Positions 18,457 through 27,023 of a stretch of DNA of 32,981 nt are shown here, piece by piece. This DNA is from Gemmatimonadota bacterium. Its GTDB lineage: Bacteria > Gemmatimonadota > Gemmatimonadetes > Gemmatimonadales > GWC2-71-9. The notes under the pieces were generated by a model. That model did not search any database. It was given only the letters and a program-made list of their open reading frames with translations, and was not told the DNA's origin. The DNA lies in NCBI GenBank assembly GCA_036679645.1, contig JAZDCY010000045.1, positions 1-32,981 on the forward strand, read 5' to 3'. A program made the translations under genes and the position numbers. Within the stretch, counting starts at the first letter, position 1. Every line of letters starts with the position of its first letter.

Positions 18457-19948
18457 CCGCCTGGATTTCGTCCTGCACGATTTCACCCGGCTGAGCTGGG
18501 TAAGCGACGCGGCGCGAGACCTCTGGGGTCCTCGCCTGCACCGTGTGACCGAGGCCTGGTTCGAGATCGAATGGCGCGCGGTCCTCGCGGGCCTGCGCCG
18601 GTGTGGCGTCACGGTCACCACGCCGGAAGGACTCATCGAGCGCGCCGCCAAATGGGTCGGGCACGGGCTGAACGCGCTGCCCGTGGAGCTCCACGGCGCG
18701 CGCGACAGCTATGCCAGTACGGGCGAGAAAGCCCGCCTCGGCGAGCCGTTCGTGTTCCGCATCGCGGTCGGCATCCCCGAAGACGTGGCGGAATTCAAGC
18801 AGGTTTGGGACGCGGCGGACAATCGCGGCATCGGGGGGTTCCTCGGATATCCCGAGTGCTGCCTGGACTTTTTCGAGGAGCATTGGGTCGACGGCCAGAT
18901 GATCGATACGACGTGGCCGATGGCGGTCGCGAGCAGCACGTCGCCAAACGGCACGCGGGACCTCGAGATCACCGGACCGCCCGAAGCCAACATTCTGTGG
19001 CGCTGGATGGGCGCGCGCGCGGTGCCGCACCTCCCCTGCCGCAGCGACTGCGAGGCGACGGTCGAGTTCGGCCGCGCGCTGATCGACGTCGGGCGCGGGG
19101 CCGGGTTCGACGAAGAGATGGACTGGTTACTCGAGATCCTCTCGTGGCCGGTCGAGTGGTCGGCGCTCCATGGCATCGCGGAAATCAAGACGCCCATTCT
19201 CAAGGTCGTCTCCCGCGCGGACGCGACGCGGTCCAAGTACACGGTTCGGCGACCCGGAACGGCGTACCCCGAGGCCGGAGCGCAGGGGCTCAAGTTCCCG
19301 TATCAGATGCCGCGCAAGACGATCACGGAATCGCGCGGCTACAAGCGGGGTCTCGACAACCCGATCGAGGCCGCACGCGCGCGTCCCGGTTGGTACGCGA
19401 GCGACAACGGGTTCGCCTCGATCGCAGCGATGGACCAGGCGCACACGCCGATCATCGGAGTGGCCGATGCGACGCTCGATGGCGAGGCCGCCAGTGTCCT
19501 TGACCTCGGGTGCGGAAACGGCGCCCTGCTCGAAGGCCTTCGCGACGCCAATCCCAAGGTCGTCCCGTACGGCGTGGAGATCGATGCGGAGCGCCTGGAG
19601 CACGCCCGGACACTGTTCCCCGATCACGTCGAGAACTTCACGGTCGGGGACATGTTCAGCGAAGAGATCTGGCAAGCCGGCCGTCGCTACGCGCTGGTCC
19701 TGCTCATGCCCGGTCGGTTGTTGGAAGCCGGGCCCGAACGCGCCGCCTGGCTGCGCGAGCAGATCAAAGCGCATTGCGACCATGTACTCGTGTATGCCTA
19801 CGGAGACTGGCTCACCAAGTACCGCGACCTGCAGGGGTTGGCCCGACGCGCGGGCCTGTCGCTGCTCAGTTCGGGCTCGGGCGCAACGGTCAGTCTCGCA
19901 AAATACCGGAAAGCTGGCGAGCAGCTTTCCGAGGCTGTGACATCATAA
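18443..19948 (+). CDS. Cys-motif domain (DUF483-like) fused to a class I SAM-dependent methyltransferase
   Basis: FLGYPECC and PHLPCRSDC motifs; C-terminal VLDLGCGNG, YGVEID, VGDMF. ATG at 18443 overlaps the rSAM 3' end. Confidence 0.7.
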   Translation: MPPTDRLDFVLHDFTRLSWVSDAARDLWGPRLHRVTEAWFEIEWRAVLAGLRRCGVTVTTPEGLIERAAKWVGHGLNALPVELHGARDSYASTGEKARLGEPFVFRIAVGIPEDVAEFKQVWDAADNRGIGGFLGYPECCLDFFEEHWVDGQMIDTTWPMAVASSTSPNGTRDLEITGPPEANILWRWMGARAVPHLPCRSDCEATVEFGRALIDVGRGAGFDEEMDWLLEILSWPVEWSALHGIAEIKTPILKVVSRADATRSKYTVRRPGTAYPEAGAQGLKFPYQMPRKTITESRGYKRGLDNPIEAARARPGWYASDNGFASIAAMDQAHTPIIGVADATLDGEAASVLDLGCGNGALLEGLRDANPKVVPYGVEIDAERLEHARTLFPDHVENFTVGDMFSEEIWQAGRRYALVLLMPGRLLEAGPERAAWLREQIKAHCDHVLVYAYGDWLTKYRDLQGLARRAGLSLLSSGSGATVSLAKYRKAGEQLSEAVTS

Positions 19949-19988
19949 CACTATTTCCTACTCGTTGTCGAATGACTGGGAGGTCATG

Positions 19989-20699
19989 ATGAGTTCTGAC
20001 GAACGTGGCAAGAAGCCGGATCCGGAGGACCATGTCAAGAAAGACCCGGAAGGATCGAGTACAACCCCGGACGGTGACAAGCCAGGGGGCAAGAGCGATA
20101 TCAGCCGTCGAGGACTGATCCGGGCCGGCTGGAGCGTCCCCATCATCATGGGTGTGTCCCTCCCCAAGAACGCGTTCGCGCAGTACGCGCACAGCGACAC
20201 CGCCCCGCACGCCGACACCCACAACGACCACGGTGATCACAGCGACCACGGTGATGCGCCAGGTCAGATACACGAGGATGCCGGTCACAACGATCACGGT
20301 GACACGTTCATTCCCCACGCGGACATTCCGCACCAGGACTTCATCGAAATCCCGCACGCAGACATCGGAACGATCCCGCACGTCGATACCGGACTGCACG
20401 TCGATGTCCTGCCGCACATCGATATCCCGTCGTTGCACGGCGATCTGGGGCACGTGGATGTGACGCCTCACGCCGACCTCGCGCTCCACATCGACGTCAT
20501 TCCGCACACCGATGTCCCGCATGCGGACGCGTCCTTCCACGGCGATGTTGGTGTCCCGGGTATCCACGGCGACATCATCCCGCACGTCGACGTGGGTCAC
20601 GTGGACATCGTCCCCCACTTCGACGTCGGGCACTTCGATGTGGTCCCGCACTTTGATGTGGTCCCGCACGGCGACATCGGCGGTGGGTTCGGGTTCTAG
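19989..20699 (+). CDS. His-Xaa-Asp repeat protein, putative RiPP precursor with Tat-like leader
   Basis: GGGAGG SD before ATG ATG (19986/19989). Leader SRRGLIRAGWSVPIIMGVSLPKNAFA. 172-aa core from 20181 with 29 HxD motifs. Sits among peptide-modifying enzyme genes. Confidence 0.85.
   Translation: MSSDERGKKPDPEDHVKKDPEGSSTTPDGDKPGGKSDISRRGLIRAGWSVPIIMGVSLPKNAFAQYAHSDTAPHADTHNDHGDHSDHGDAPGQIHEDAGHNDHGDTFIPHADIPHQDFIEIPHADIGTIPHVDTGLHVDVLPHIDIPSLHGDLGHVDVTPHADLALHIDVIPHTDVPHADASFHGDVGVPGIHGDIIPHVDVGHVDIVPHFDVGHFDVVPHFDVVPHGDIGGGFGF
20220..20303 (+). repeat. 18-bp coding repeats (H-N/S-D-H-G-D)
   Basis: CACAACGACCACGGTGAT (20220), CACAGCGACCACGGTGAT (20238), CACAACGATCACGGTGAC (20286). Confidence 0.85.
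20631..20669 (+). repeat. 18-bp tandem coding repeat (HFDVVP x2)
   Basis: CACTTCGATGTGGTCCCG CACTTTGATGTGGTCCCG CAC, with one synonymous mismatch. Confidence 0.85.
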
Positions 20700-20715
20700 T
20701 ACCGACGTTTCGATT

Positions 20716-20759
20716 GGTCAACGCCCGCGGCGGAGCTTGCTTCGCCCGGGCGATTGGCT
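20716..20759 (+). promoter_or_regulatory. Stem-loop after the precursor gene (mRNA stabiliser or partial terminator)
   Basis: GGTCAA CGCCCG C GGCGGAGC TT GCTTCGCC CGGGCG A TTGGCT; no U-tract. Confidence 0.5.
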
Positions 20760-20785
20760 CTATATGGATGTAGGAGGTGGCTACG

Positions 20786-21925
20786 GTGAAAGTGGAAAGT
20801 GTCACGGACATCGACTGGAAGCGCACGCCTGAGCCCCAGGCGGATCAGTACGACACGGACGTAGCGGAACGTTTGGCCAAGGGGCGCGGCCCCGACGTGT
20901 CTGGACTCGAGAACGCCCCACGCATCTTCGATGGCGCCGTACCGATCGAGGAGACCACTGCGGAGTCGGTGCAGTTCCCCGAGTCGTGCGTGCCCGCACC
21001 GGCCGATCACCCGAACATTCAGCAGGCCGTCGAGTTGATCCGGCTCTGGCCGACCGTATTCACGCAGTGCCAGCGTCTGATCCGCAAAGCGAACTTCTTC
21101 GTCGACACGGCGGTGCCGGAGAAGGGGTTCATCGGCTCGCTGTCGCGGGCCGGAGCCGACGGGTTCGGGACCGTCGCCGTGACCGTGAACGATCCCGTGG
21201 CGCTGGCCGAGTCCATCGTGCACGAGATGGGGCACAACAAGTTGCGCGCGCTCGGGGTCGATTTTACCAGTGCCAAACGGATCGTCACGAATACCGAGGG
21301 CGATCAGTACAAGAGCCCCGTACGATACGACTGCCTGAGGCCTATGACGGCCATTCTGCATGCGATGTGGTCGTACACGTACTTGACGGCGCTCGATGTC
21401 GAGATCCTGCGCGCCTCGTCCGACCATGCGGTGAAACATCGTGTCGCGCAGCAATCACTGGCCCTGAACCTGCCCAGGTTGGACTTCGGGCTCGACGTGC
21501 TGCAGTCGCATGTGCAGACGGACGAGGCAGGGAAGCAGTTCTTCTTCGGGTTCTTCCAGTGGCTCGATCGGGTTCGTGCGGCCGGCTATGACATTCTCGA
21601 GCGGGTCGGCATCAAGCCCCTTCCGTTCGTCCACCCCGATGACGCGCAGGGCAAGACCAATGGACCCCGGCCGGCGCGGGTCAACGGCCTCCATCAGTAT
21701 CGGCTTGGCGAAGAGACGCTGATCTACGTCCCCGACGCCGAGAAGGCCCACGCGCTCAACCCGTCGGCCGTCGCCATTTTCGATCTGTGCGACGGCTCGC
21801 GTACGGTTCAGGACATCTGCCGCGAGTTGGGCCCGCTCGTGGGCAAAACGGCAGGCGAACTCACGCCGGACGTGGAGCAGGGCGTGACACAGCTCCGCGA
21901 GCTCGGCCTCCTCCAGCCGGACTGA
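20786..21925 (+). CDS. aKG-HExxH peptide beta-hydroxylase-like protein fused to a C-terminal PqqD/RRE domain
   Basis: AESIVHEMGHNKL...YKSPVRYDCLRPMTAILHA; C-terminal AHALNPSAVAIFDLCDGSRTVQDI...LRELGLL. AGGAGG lies 8 nt before GTG 20786 (alternative start 20777). Confidence 0.88.
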   Translation: MKVESVTDIDWKRTPEPQADQYDTDVAERLAKGRGPDVSGLENAPRIFDGAVPIEETTAESVQFPESCVPAPADHPNIQQAVELIRLWPTVFTQCQRLIRKANFFVDTAVPEKGFIGSLSRAGADGFGTVAVTVNDPVALAESIVHEMGHNKLRALGVDFTSAKRIVTNTEGDQYKSPVRYDCLRPMTAILHAMWSYTYLTALDVEILRASSDHAVKHRVAQQSLALNLPRLDFGLDVLQSHVQTDEAGKQFFFGFFQWLDRVRAAGYDILERVGIKPLPFVHPDDAQGKTNGPRPARVNGLHQYRLGEETLIYVPDAEKAHALNPSAVAIFDLCDGSRTVQDICRELGPLVGKTAGELTPDVEQGVTQLRELGLLQPD

Positions 21926-21931
21926 AGAGTC

Positions 21932-22783
21932 GTGCGGTCTGCGTCGCCTGCCACGACGATGGCCGTCGCGTTTCAAGGCTGCGCTGTAGCCGTCCGGTCG
22001 ACGGCAGTCGAGGTGATTGACGAGTTCCGGCGCGTCTGCGGTACCATGGTCGTCGTCCCGGACGCGGTCACTCCGGTTGGGCACCTGCAGGTCGATCGTA
22101 CCGGCGAGGTCTATGTCGTCAGCGGGGACACCGACGTGGCGCTCGGTGACGGGTCCCTGGCAGACGTCATGCGCTGCCTGCGCTATTCGGTCATCCAGCT
22201 CTTCATTCAAGCCTTTCCCGGCCTGTACTGGTTCCACGCGGGCGCTGTCGCCTGGGGGGGAAACGCGGTGCTGATTCCGGGCCACCGTGGGCGCGGCAAG
22301 AGCACGCTGGTGACCGGCCTTGGCGATCACGGGTGGGACTACCTGTCGGACGACGTGGTCCCGCTCGACCCGCAAACACACACGCTGCTGCCCCTCCCAT
22401 TCGCTCCTGCGAAGCGCGAGTACCCCGGGCGTCGGATGCGATCGGTGTGGCTCCGGACAACTCCCAAGACGGACGTGACCGTGCCTGGCGAGCGCGTGCG
22501 CAGCGGCCCGACGCCCGTTGCGGCATTCGTGATCCCCCGATACCGGCAGGACGCTCACACCAAGGTCGCCGCGTTCTCGCCAGCCCAGGCCGCCGCGTTG
22601 CTGCTGGAGAACTGCTGGAACTTCGGCGCGCCCCGGGCCAATGCCGTGCGTTACGTCTGCGCACTCGCGGGCCGGCTCCCGGCGGTCCGTGCCGTCTTCT
22701 CGGACGGGGCCGATGCGGCGCGCGTCCTCGCTGGCACGCGCGAAGAGTGGATGATGGACCGCGCCGCGGCGCGCGAGGCCTGA
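21932..22783 (+). CDS. HPr kinase-like (HprK-related) kinase
   Basis: FHAGAV, P-loop GHRGRGKSTL, YLSDDVVPL. Confidence 0.85.
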   Translation: MRSASPATTMAVAFQGCAVAVRSTAVEVIDEFRRVCGTMVVVPDAVTPVGHLQVDRTGEVYVVSGDTDVALGDGSLADVMRCLRYSVIQLFIQAFPGLYWFHAGAVAWGGNAVLIPGHRGRGKSTLVTGLGDHGWDYLSDDVVPLDPQTHTLLPLPFAPAKREYPGRRMRSVWLRTTPKTDVTVPGERVRSGPTPVAAFVIPRYRQDAHTKVAAFSPAQAAALLLENCWNFGAPRANAVRYVCALAGRLPAVRAVFSDGADAARVLAGTREEWMMDRAAAREA

Positions 22784-22788
22784 GCGTC

Positions 22789-23994
22789 GTGGATATACAG
22801 CAGTTCAAGGTCCTGGGCAGGGAAGTCGACGAGGCATGGCGTGCGCGGCAATACGACGAGTTTCAGTTTTCCGAGGTTGCGCTCGAGGTGCTCGGCAACG
22901 CCTCACTATCGACATCCGTCGATCTGCAGTCGATTCTCGAGCGGTGTTTGGATCCCGCGGCGAACGAGTTTCGGATAAGGGGATCGTTTGGCGATCTCCC
23001 GTTGATCGTCTACGAAACACCGCAGTTCTACGTTCAGGTGCTGATGTGGACCACCGCCACCACCAACATTCATCAGCACGGCTTCTCCGGCGCGTTCCGC
23101 GTGTTTGCCGGATCGAGCATCCACAGCCAGTACGAGTTCCACACCCGCGAGCGCATCAACTCGCGTATCTCGGTTGGGGATGCCGAGCTCAAGACCATCG
23201 AGCTGCTCCGTCAGGGACAGACCCACGAGATCATCTCGGGCAGCGGCCTGACGCATGCGCTGTTCCATCTCGATCTGCCGAGCGTCTCTGTAGTGGTTCG
23301 GACGCACGCGGAACCGTGGTCGTCACCGCAGATGACCCTTTACCCGCCGCACCTCGCGGTCGATACCGTGACGTTGGGTTCCGATCCGGTGTGCAACGCC
23401 ATCGCCAAATGCCTGCGAGTCATGCGACACGCCCAGGACCCCCGGATCGCCGACTCCATCATCTCCCTGGTACCACGCCTCGACTTCGCACGCATCTACC
23501 AGGTCTTTCAGCGCCATCGACAGCAGCTGGGTAGTGAGGAAGGGCGCTTCCTAGATGCCGTCCGGGAGCGACATGGTCAGCTGACCGACCACATGCTCGA
23601 ATCGATGCAGTACGAGCGCCGACTCGAGAAGATCCGCGAGCTACGCGGGACGGTGCGAGATCTCGAGTTGCGGTTCTTTCTGGGTGTGCTGCTCAATGCG
23701 CCTAACCAGAAGCGCATCTACGAACTTGTGGCGGCCCAGTATCCCGAGGTGGATCCGGAGGACAAGGTGGTGGAATGGCTTACCGGTCTCCTGCGCACCG
23801 GAGAGTTCCCGGCCAAGGCGGGTGTGTCTCTCCTGAGGCCCTTGTTGCGCGGCTCGAGCCTCGAAGAGACCGTCCGGGCCGTTGGGGACGCAATCGACGA
23901 TACGGAGGCCCAACCCCCAGCGGCTCTCGTGGCTACGATGTGTGAACAAATCAAGGGCGTTCCGGCCTTCGACCGACTGTGGATTCGGAACTGA
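22789..23994 (+). CDS. Cupin (cysteine dioxygenase-like HxH...H) domain protein
   Basis: VQVLMWTTATTNIHQHGFSGAFRVFAGSSIH...LTHALFHLD; helical C-terminal extension. Confidence 0.65.
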   Translation: MDIQQFKVLGREVDEAWRARQYDEFQFSEVALEVLGNASLSTSVDLQSILERCLDPAANEFRIRGSFGDLPLIVYETPQFYVQVLMWTTATTNIHQHGFSGAFRVFAGSSIHSQYEFHTRERINSRISVGDAELKTIELLRQGQTHEIISGSGLTHALFHLDLPSVSVVVRTHAEPWSSPQMTLYPPHLAVDTVTLGSDPVCNAIAKCLRVMRHAQDPRIADSIISLVPRLDFARIYQVFQRHRQQLGSEEGRFLDAVRERHGQLTDHMLESMQYERRLEKIRELRGTVRDLELRFFLGVLLNAPNQKRIYELVAAQYPEVDPEDKVVEWLTGLLRTGEFPAKAGVSLLRPLLRGSSLEETVRAVGDAIDDTEAQPPAALVATMCEQIKGVPAFDRLWIRN

Positions 23995-25868
23995 GGCCCG
24001 CGGGACAGGCGCACGTCCCGGCTGACACGCCTGTGGCGCTCGTGAACATGCCGTTTGCCACGATACGGCACCCGTCGATTCAGATCGGGTTGCTCCAGGC
24101 CCACGGGTGCCGCGCCGACATTCCGCTACGCAGCCTGTACGCCAACCTCGACTTCGCGGCACGCATCGGTTTTCAGCTCCACGAGGCGCTGGCGATTCAT
24201 CGCGGGGCCCTCATCGGAGAGTGGTTGTTCACGAAGGCTGCGTTTCCGGAGCATGAAGCCGCCGACGAGTTCCCTCGACGGTACGGGAACATCGTCGATG
24301 AGGTCGCCGATGTCGCCGGCGTGCCGCGCGCGGATGTGGTGGCCATCAGGGACGTCCACGCGCCCGCGTTCGTCGCCGAGATGGCCGACCGGCTCGTCGA
24401 AGCGGGCACACGGGTCGTGGGCTTCACGTCCACCTTCGAGCAGAACGTGGCCTCCCTCGCGCTGGCACGTGCGGTCAAGGAGCGCGATCCCGCCATCGCG
24501 ACGGTGTTCGGCGGGGCCAACTACGACGCCGACATGGGTCGCGCGTATCTCGACGCGTACCCCTGGATCGACATCGCGGTGGCCGGTGAGGCGGACGACA
24601 TCTTCGTCCCGCTGATCCAGGCCCTCCTGGACGGAGCCGCCATACCGGAACTCATCGGCGTCAACACACGGACCAGTAACGGCAACGGCACCCGGGGGAC
24701 GTACCGCGGGTCGATGGACGCGCTCCCCGTGCCAAACTACGACGACTACTTCGAGGCCATTCGGCGCAATGGTTTCCATCAAGAGGAGATCAAGTGGAGC
24801 CTCGCCCTACCGTTTGAATCGTCGCGTGGCTGTTGGTGGGGTGCCAAGCATCACTGCACCTTCTGCGGGTTGAACGGCATGGCGTGGCGGGCCAAGTCGG
24901 TGGAAACGGTGGTGTCGGACATCAGCACCTTGGCGACGAAGTATCATGTCAGTTCCTTCCTCGCCGTCGACAACATCATTGGTGTTGACATGCTGCGCGG
25001 CCTGGTGTCGCAGATGACCGAGGAGGAGTACGACTACGATTTCTTCTACGAGATCAAGGCGAACCTCACGAGGGCGCAGATCCGCGGCATGCGCGACGCC
25101 GGTATTCTCCGCGTCCAGCCGGGTATCGAGAGCCTGAGTTCGCCGGTCCTCTCCCTGATGCGGAAGGGCATCACGGGAATCCAGAACATCAACACGCTAC
25201 GCTGGTTGCGATTCTACGGCGTGCAGGCAATCTGGAATATCCTCTTCGGCTTCCCGGGCGAAGCACAGGAAGATTACGACCGCCAGCTCGAGGTGATCGA
25301 GCTGACCCCTCATCTCCGGCCCCCGAAAGGGGCCGGCCGCATCTGGCTGGAGCGGTTTGGGCCGTACTTCAAGGAGGCGGAGGCCTTTGGGTTCGACAAC
25401 CTGCGGCCCGACGAGTGCTACTCGTATATCTATCCCCCGCCGCTCTCGCTGCACGATGCCGCGTATTTCTTTCAGAGCGATCCCACGCAGACGCTCACCG
25501 ACGACGTGTACGCTCCCACGCAACGAGCCGTCGAGCGGTGGCAGGAGATGTGGCGGCAGCCCAAGCGTCCCTATCTCCTCGTCACCAAGACGCACCCTGG
25601 GATCAGGGTCATCGACGGGAGGAGCAACCAGCAAGACCCCACCACGCGGTTCTACAAGGAGCCGCTGTCGCACGTCTACCTGTATTGCAGCGATCGGCCG
25701 CGTGGCATGCGTTCGATTCTCGAGTTCGCTTCCGAGAAGCGGCTCGAGTCATCCGATATCGAGGGCGACGTGCAGGACGTGCTGCAGACGTGGGTGCGTG
25801 ATGGCGTGATGATAGAGGAGGATGGGCGATATCTGAGCCTGGCACTCCCGCGGATGCCGTGGCGTTAG
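23979..25868 (+). CDS. B12-dependent RiPP maturation radical SAM C-methyltransferase (TIGR03975-like)
   Basis: ALVNMPF, PSIQIGLL, VVGFTSTFEQN, FGGANY, CX7CX2C motif SRGCWWGAKHHCTFCGLN, QPGIESLS, WNILFGFPGE. Confidence 0.92.
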   Translation: MDSELRPAGQAHVPADTPVALVNMPFATIRHPSIQIGLLQAHGCRADIPLRSLYANLDFAARIGFQLHEALAIHRGALIGEWLFTKAAFPEHEAADEFPRRYGNIVDEVADVAGVPRADVVAIRDVHAPAFVAEMADRLVEAGTRVVGFTSTFEQNVASLALARAVKERDPAIATVFGGANYDADMGRAYLDAYPWIDIAVAGEADDIFVPLIQALLDGAAIPELIGVNTRTSNGNGTRGTYRGSMDALPVPNYDDYFEAIRRNGFHQEEIKWSLALPFESSRGCWWGAKHHCTFCGLNGMAWRAKSVETVVSDISTLATKYHVSSFLAVDNIIGVDMLRGLVSQMTEEEYDYDFFYEIKANLTRAQIRGMRDAGILRVQPGIESLSSPVLSLMRKGITGIQNINTLRWLRFYGVQAIWNILFGFPGEAQEDYDRQLEVIELTPHLRPPKGAGRIWLERFGPYFKEAEAFGFDNLRPDECYSYIYPPPLSLHDAAYFFQSDPTQTLTDDVYAPTQRAVERWQEMWRQPKRPYLLVTKTHPGIRVIDGRSNQQDPTTRFYKEPLSHVYLYCSDRPRGMRSILEFASEKRLESSDIEGDVQDVLQTWVRDGVMIEEDGRYLSLALPRMPWR

Positions 25869-25887
25869 GCGGCCCGACGGCCTGGGT

Positions 25888-26904
25888 TCAGAGCGCGAGG
25901 TAGCCTACGGTCGGGTGCGCCCGCAGCATGTATCGGAACGAGTCCGGGTACTCGGAGAGACCGAGGAGATGCTCGATGCGCGCGATGTGGGCCATGGTGT
26001 AGGTTGCGAATGCCGAGAGGCAGCGCAACTCCTCGAGTCCGAAACGGACACCGCGCGCGCGCTGGTATTCTTCGACAAAAGCCGCTGCTTCTTCCGGCGT
26101 GACCGTGCCGCGTGCCGCCCCCCGCGCAAAGCTCACCGCTGCCCCCCCGACCAGCCAGAGCTCGTCGATGATGCGGAGGCTGTCCCAATCGTATATGACC
26201 GAGACGGCGTTACCGCGGTATCGGAAGTGCTGGTCTGTCCAGTCGTTGTGTGCGAGGACCGCGGGGTACTTCGCGTGTTCATGCACGACCTCCTTGGCGG
26301 GTCGCGCGATGCGATCGATCCACTCGGCCTCCGATGCCCGGTTGCTCGCGTCCAGCACGTGATGGGGCGGCCAGAGGGTGTCCGGTGGTAGCCACGGCGA
26401 TGGAAGCCCCGGTGTGTCGCGTAGGGGCTCGGCGCGGTCGATCAGTTCGGCGAGGGTCGAGGCCATGACGGCACGGATGGCGGGGTCGTGGGGATCGCCT
26501 CGCTCCCCGTCGGCCACGAACGCATCGATCGTCATCCGGCCAACGGGGAGCTCGACCGGCGGGTGCACCACCGCAGGGCATGGAAACCCACGGGTCGCGA
26601 GCACGGCCTGCACGCTCGAGGTGGCGGTGAGGGACGCGAGCGGTGCGGTGGGATTGTGCACCTTGACGAAGATACGGCGGCCGTCCTCGAGGGTCAGGCT
26701 GATGGCCGCTCCGTCCGCGCACACGGCCGAGGGGCATCCGCTGACGGCCGCGCCGAGGCGATGGCGACAGAACCCATCGACGACTCGCGCGACCTGCTCG
26801 GCGCCCGCGCCGCGAAATAAGCCCCGTGGAATGTCCGCGCTCGGGGCGGTATCTATTGCGCGCGTGAGTTGCGCGGTAAGCTCGTCCATCCCGATAGGCG
26901 GCAT
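25888..26904 (-). CDS. APH/choline kinase-like phosphotransferase
   Basis: RIFVKVH, GFPCPAV, Brenner-type LAHNDW, VIYDWDS. Start 26904 or 26889. Confidence 0.8.
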   Translation of the reverse strand: MPPIGMDELTAQLTRAIDTAPSADIPRGLFRGAGAEQVARVVDGFCRHRLGAAVSGCPSAVCADGAAISLTLEDGRRIFVKVHNPTAPLASLTATSSVQAVLATRGFPCPAVVHPPVELPVGRMTIDAFVADGERGDPHDPAIRAVMASTLAELIDRAEPLRDTPGLPSPWLPPDTLWPPHHVLDASNRASEAEWIDRIARPAKEVVHEHAKYPAVLAHNDWTDQHFRYRGNAVSVIYDWDSLRIIDELWLVGGAAVSFARGAARGTVTPEEAAAFVEEYQRARGVRFGLEELRCLSAFATYTMAHIARIEHLLGLSEYPDSFRYMLRAHPTVGYLAL

Positions 26905-27023
26905 CTCGTTGGCGGTTAAGGTACGAACTCCAAACCTGTCGGACCAGCCCGGGCATGCCCGATACGCGAAGAGCAAACCGCGTCCCGCGCGCTGGCGCAC
27001 CATGGTCGTCACACGGTGAACCC

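Noticed and set aside
20181..20699. CRISPR array or non-coding tandem repeat
   Set aside because: The repeats are in-frame and degenerate at synonymous positions, with no constant repeat/unique spacer structure and no cas genes.
20786..21660. HExxH protein as a zinc metalloprotease (leader peptidase)
   Set aside because: The downstream SPxRxDxRP..LH motif and rSAM/RRE context fit the aKG-HExxH hydroxylase family better.
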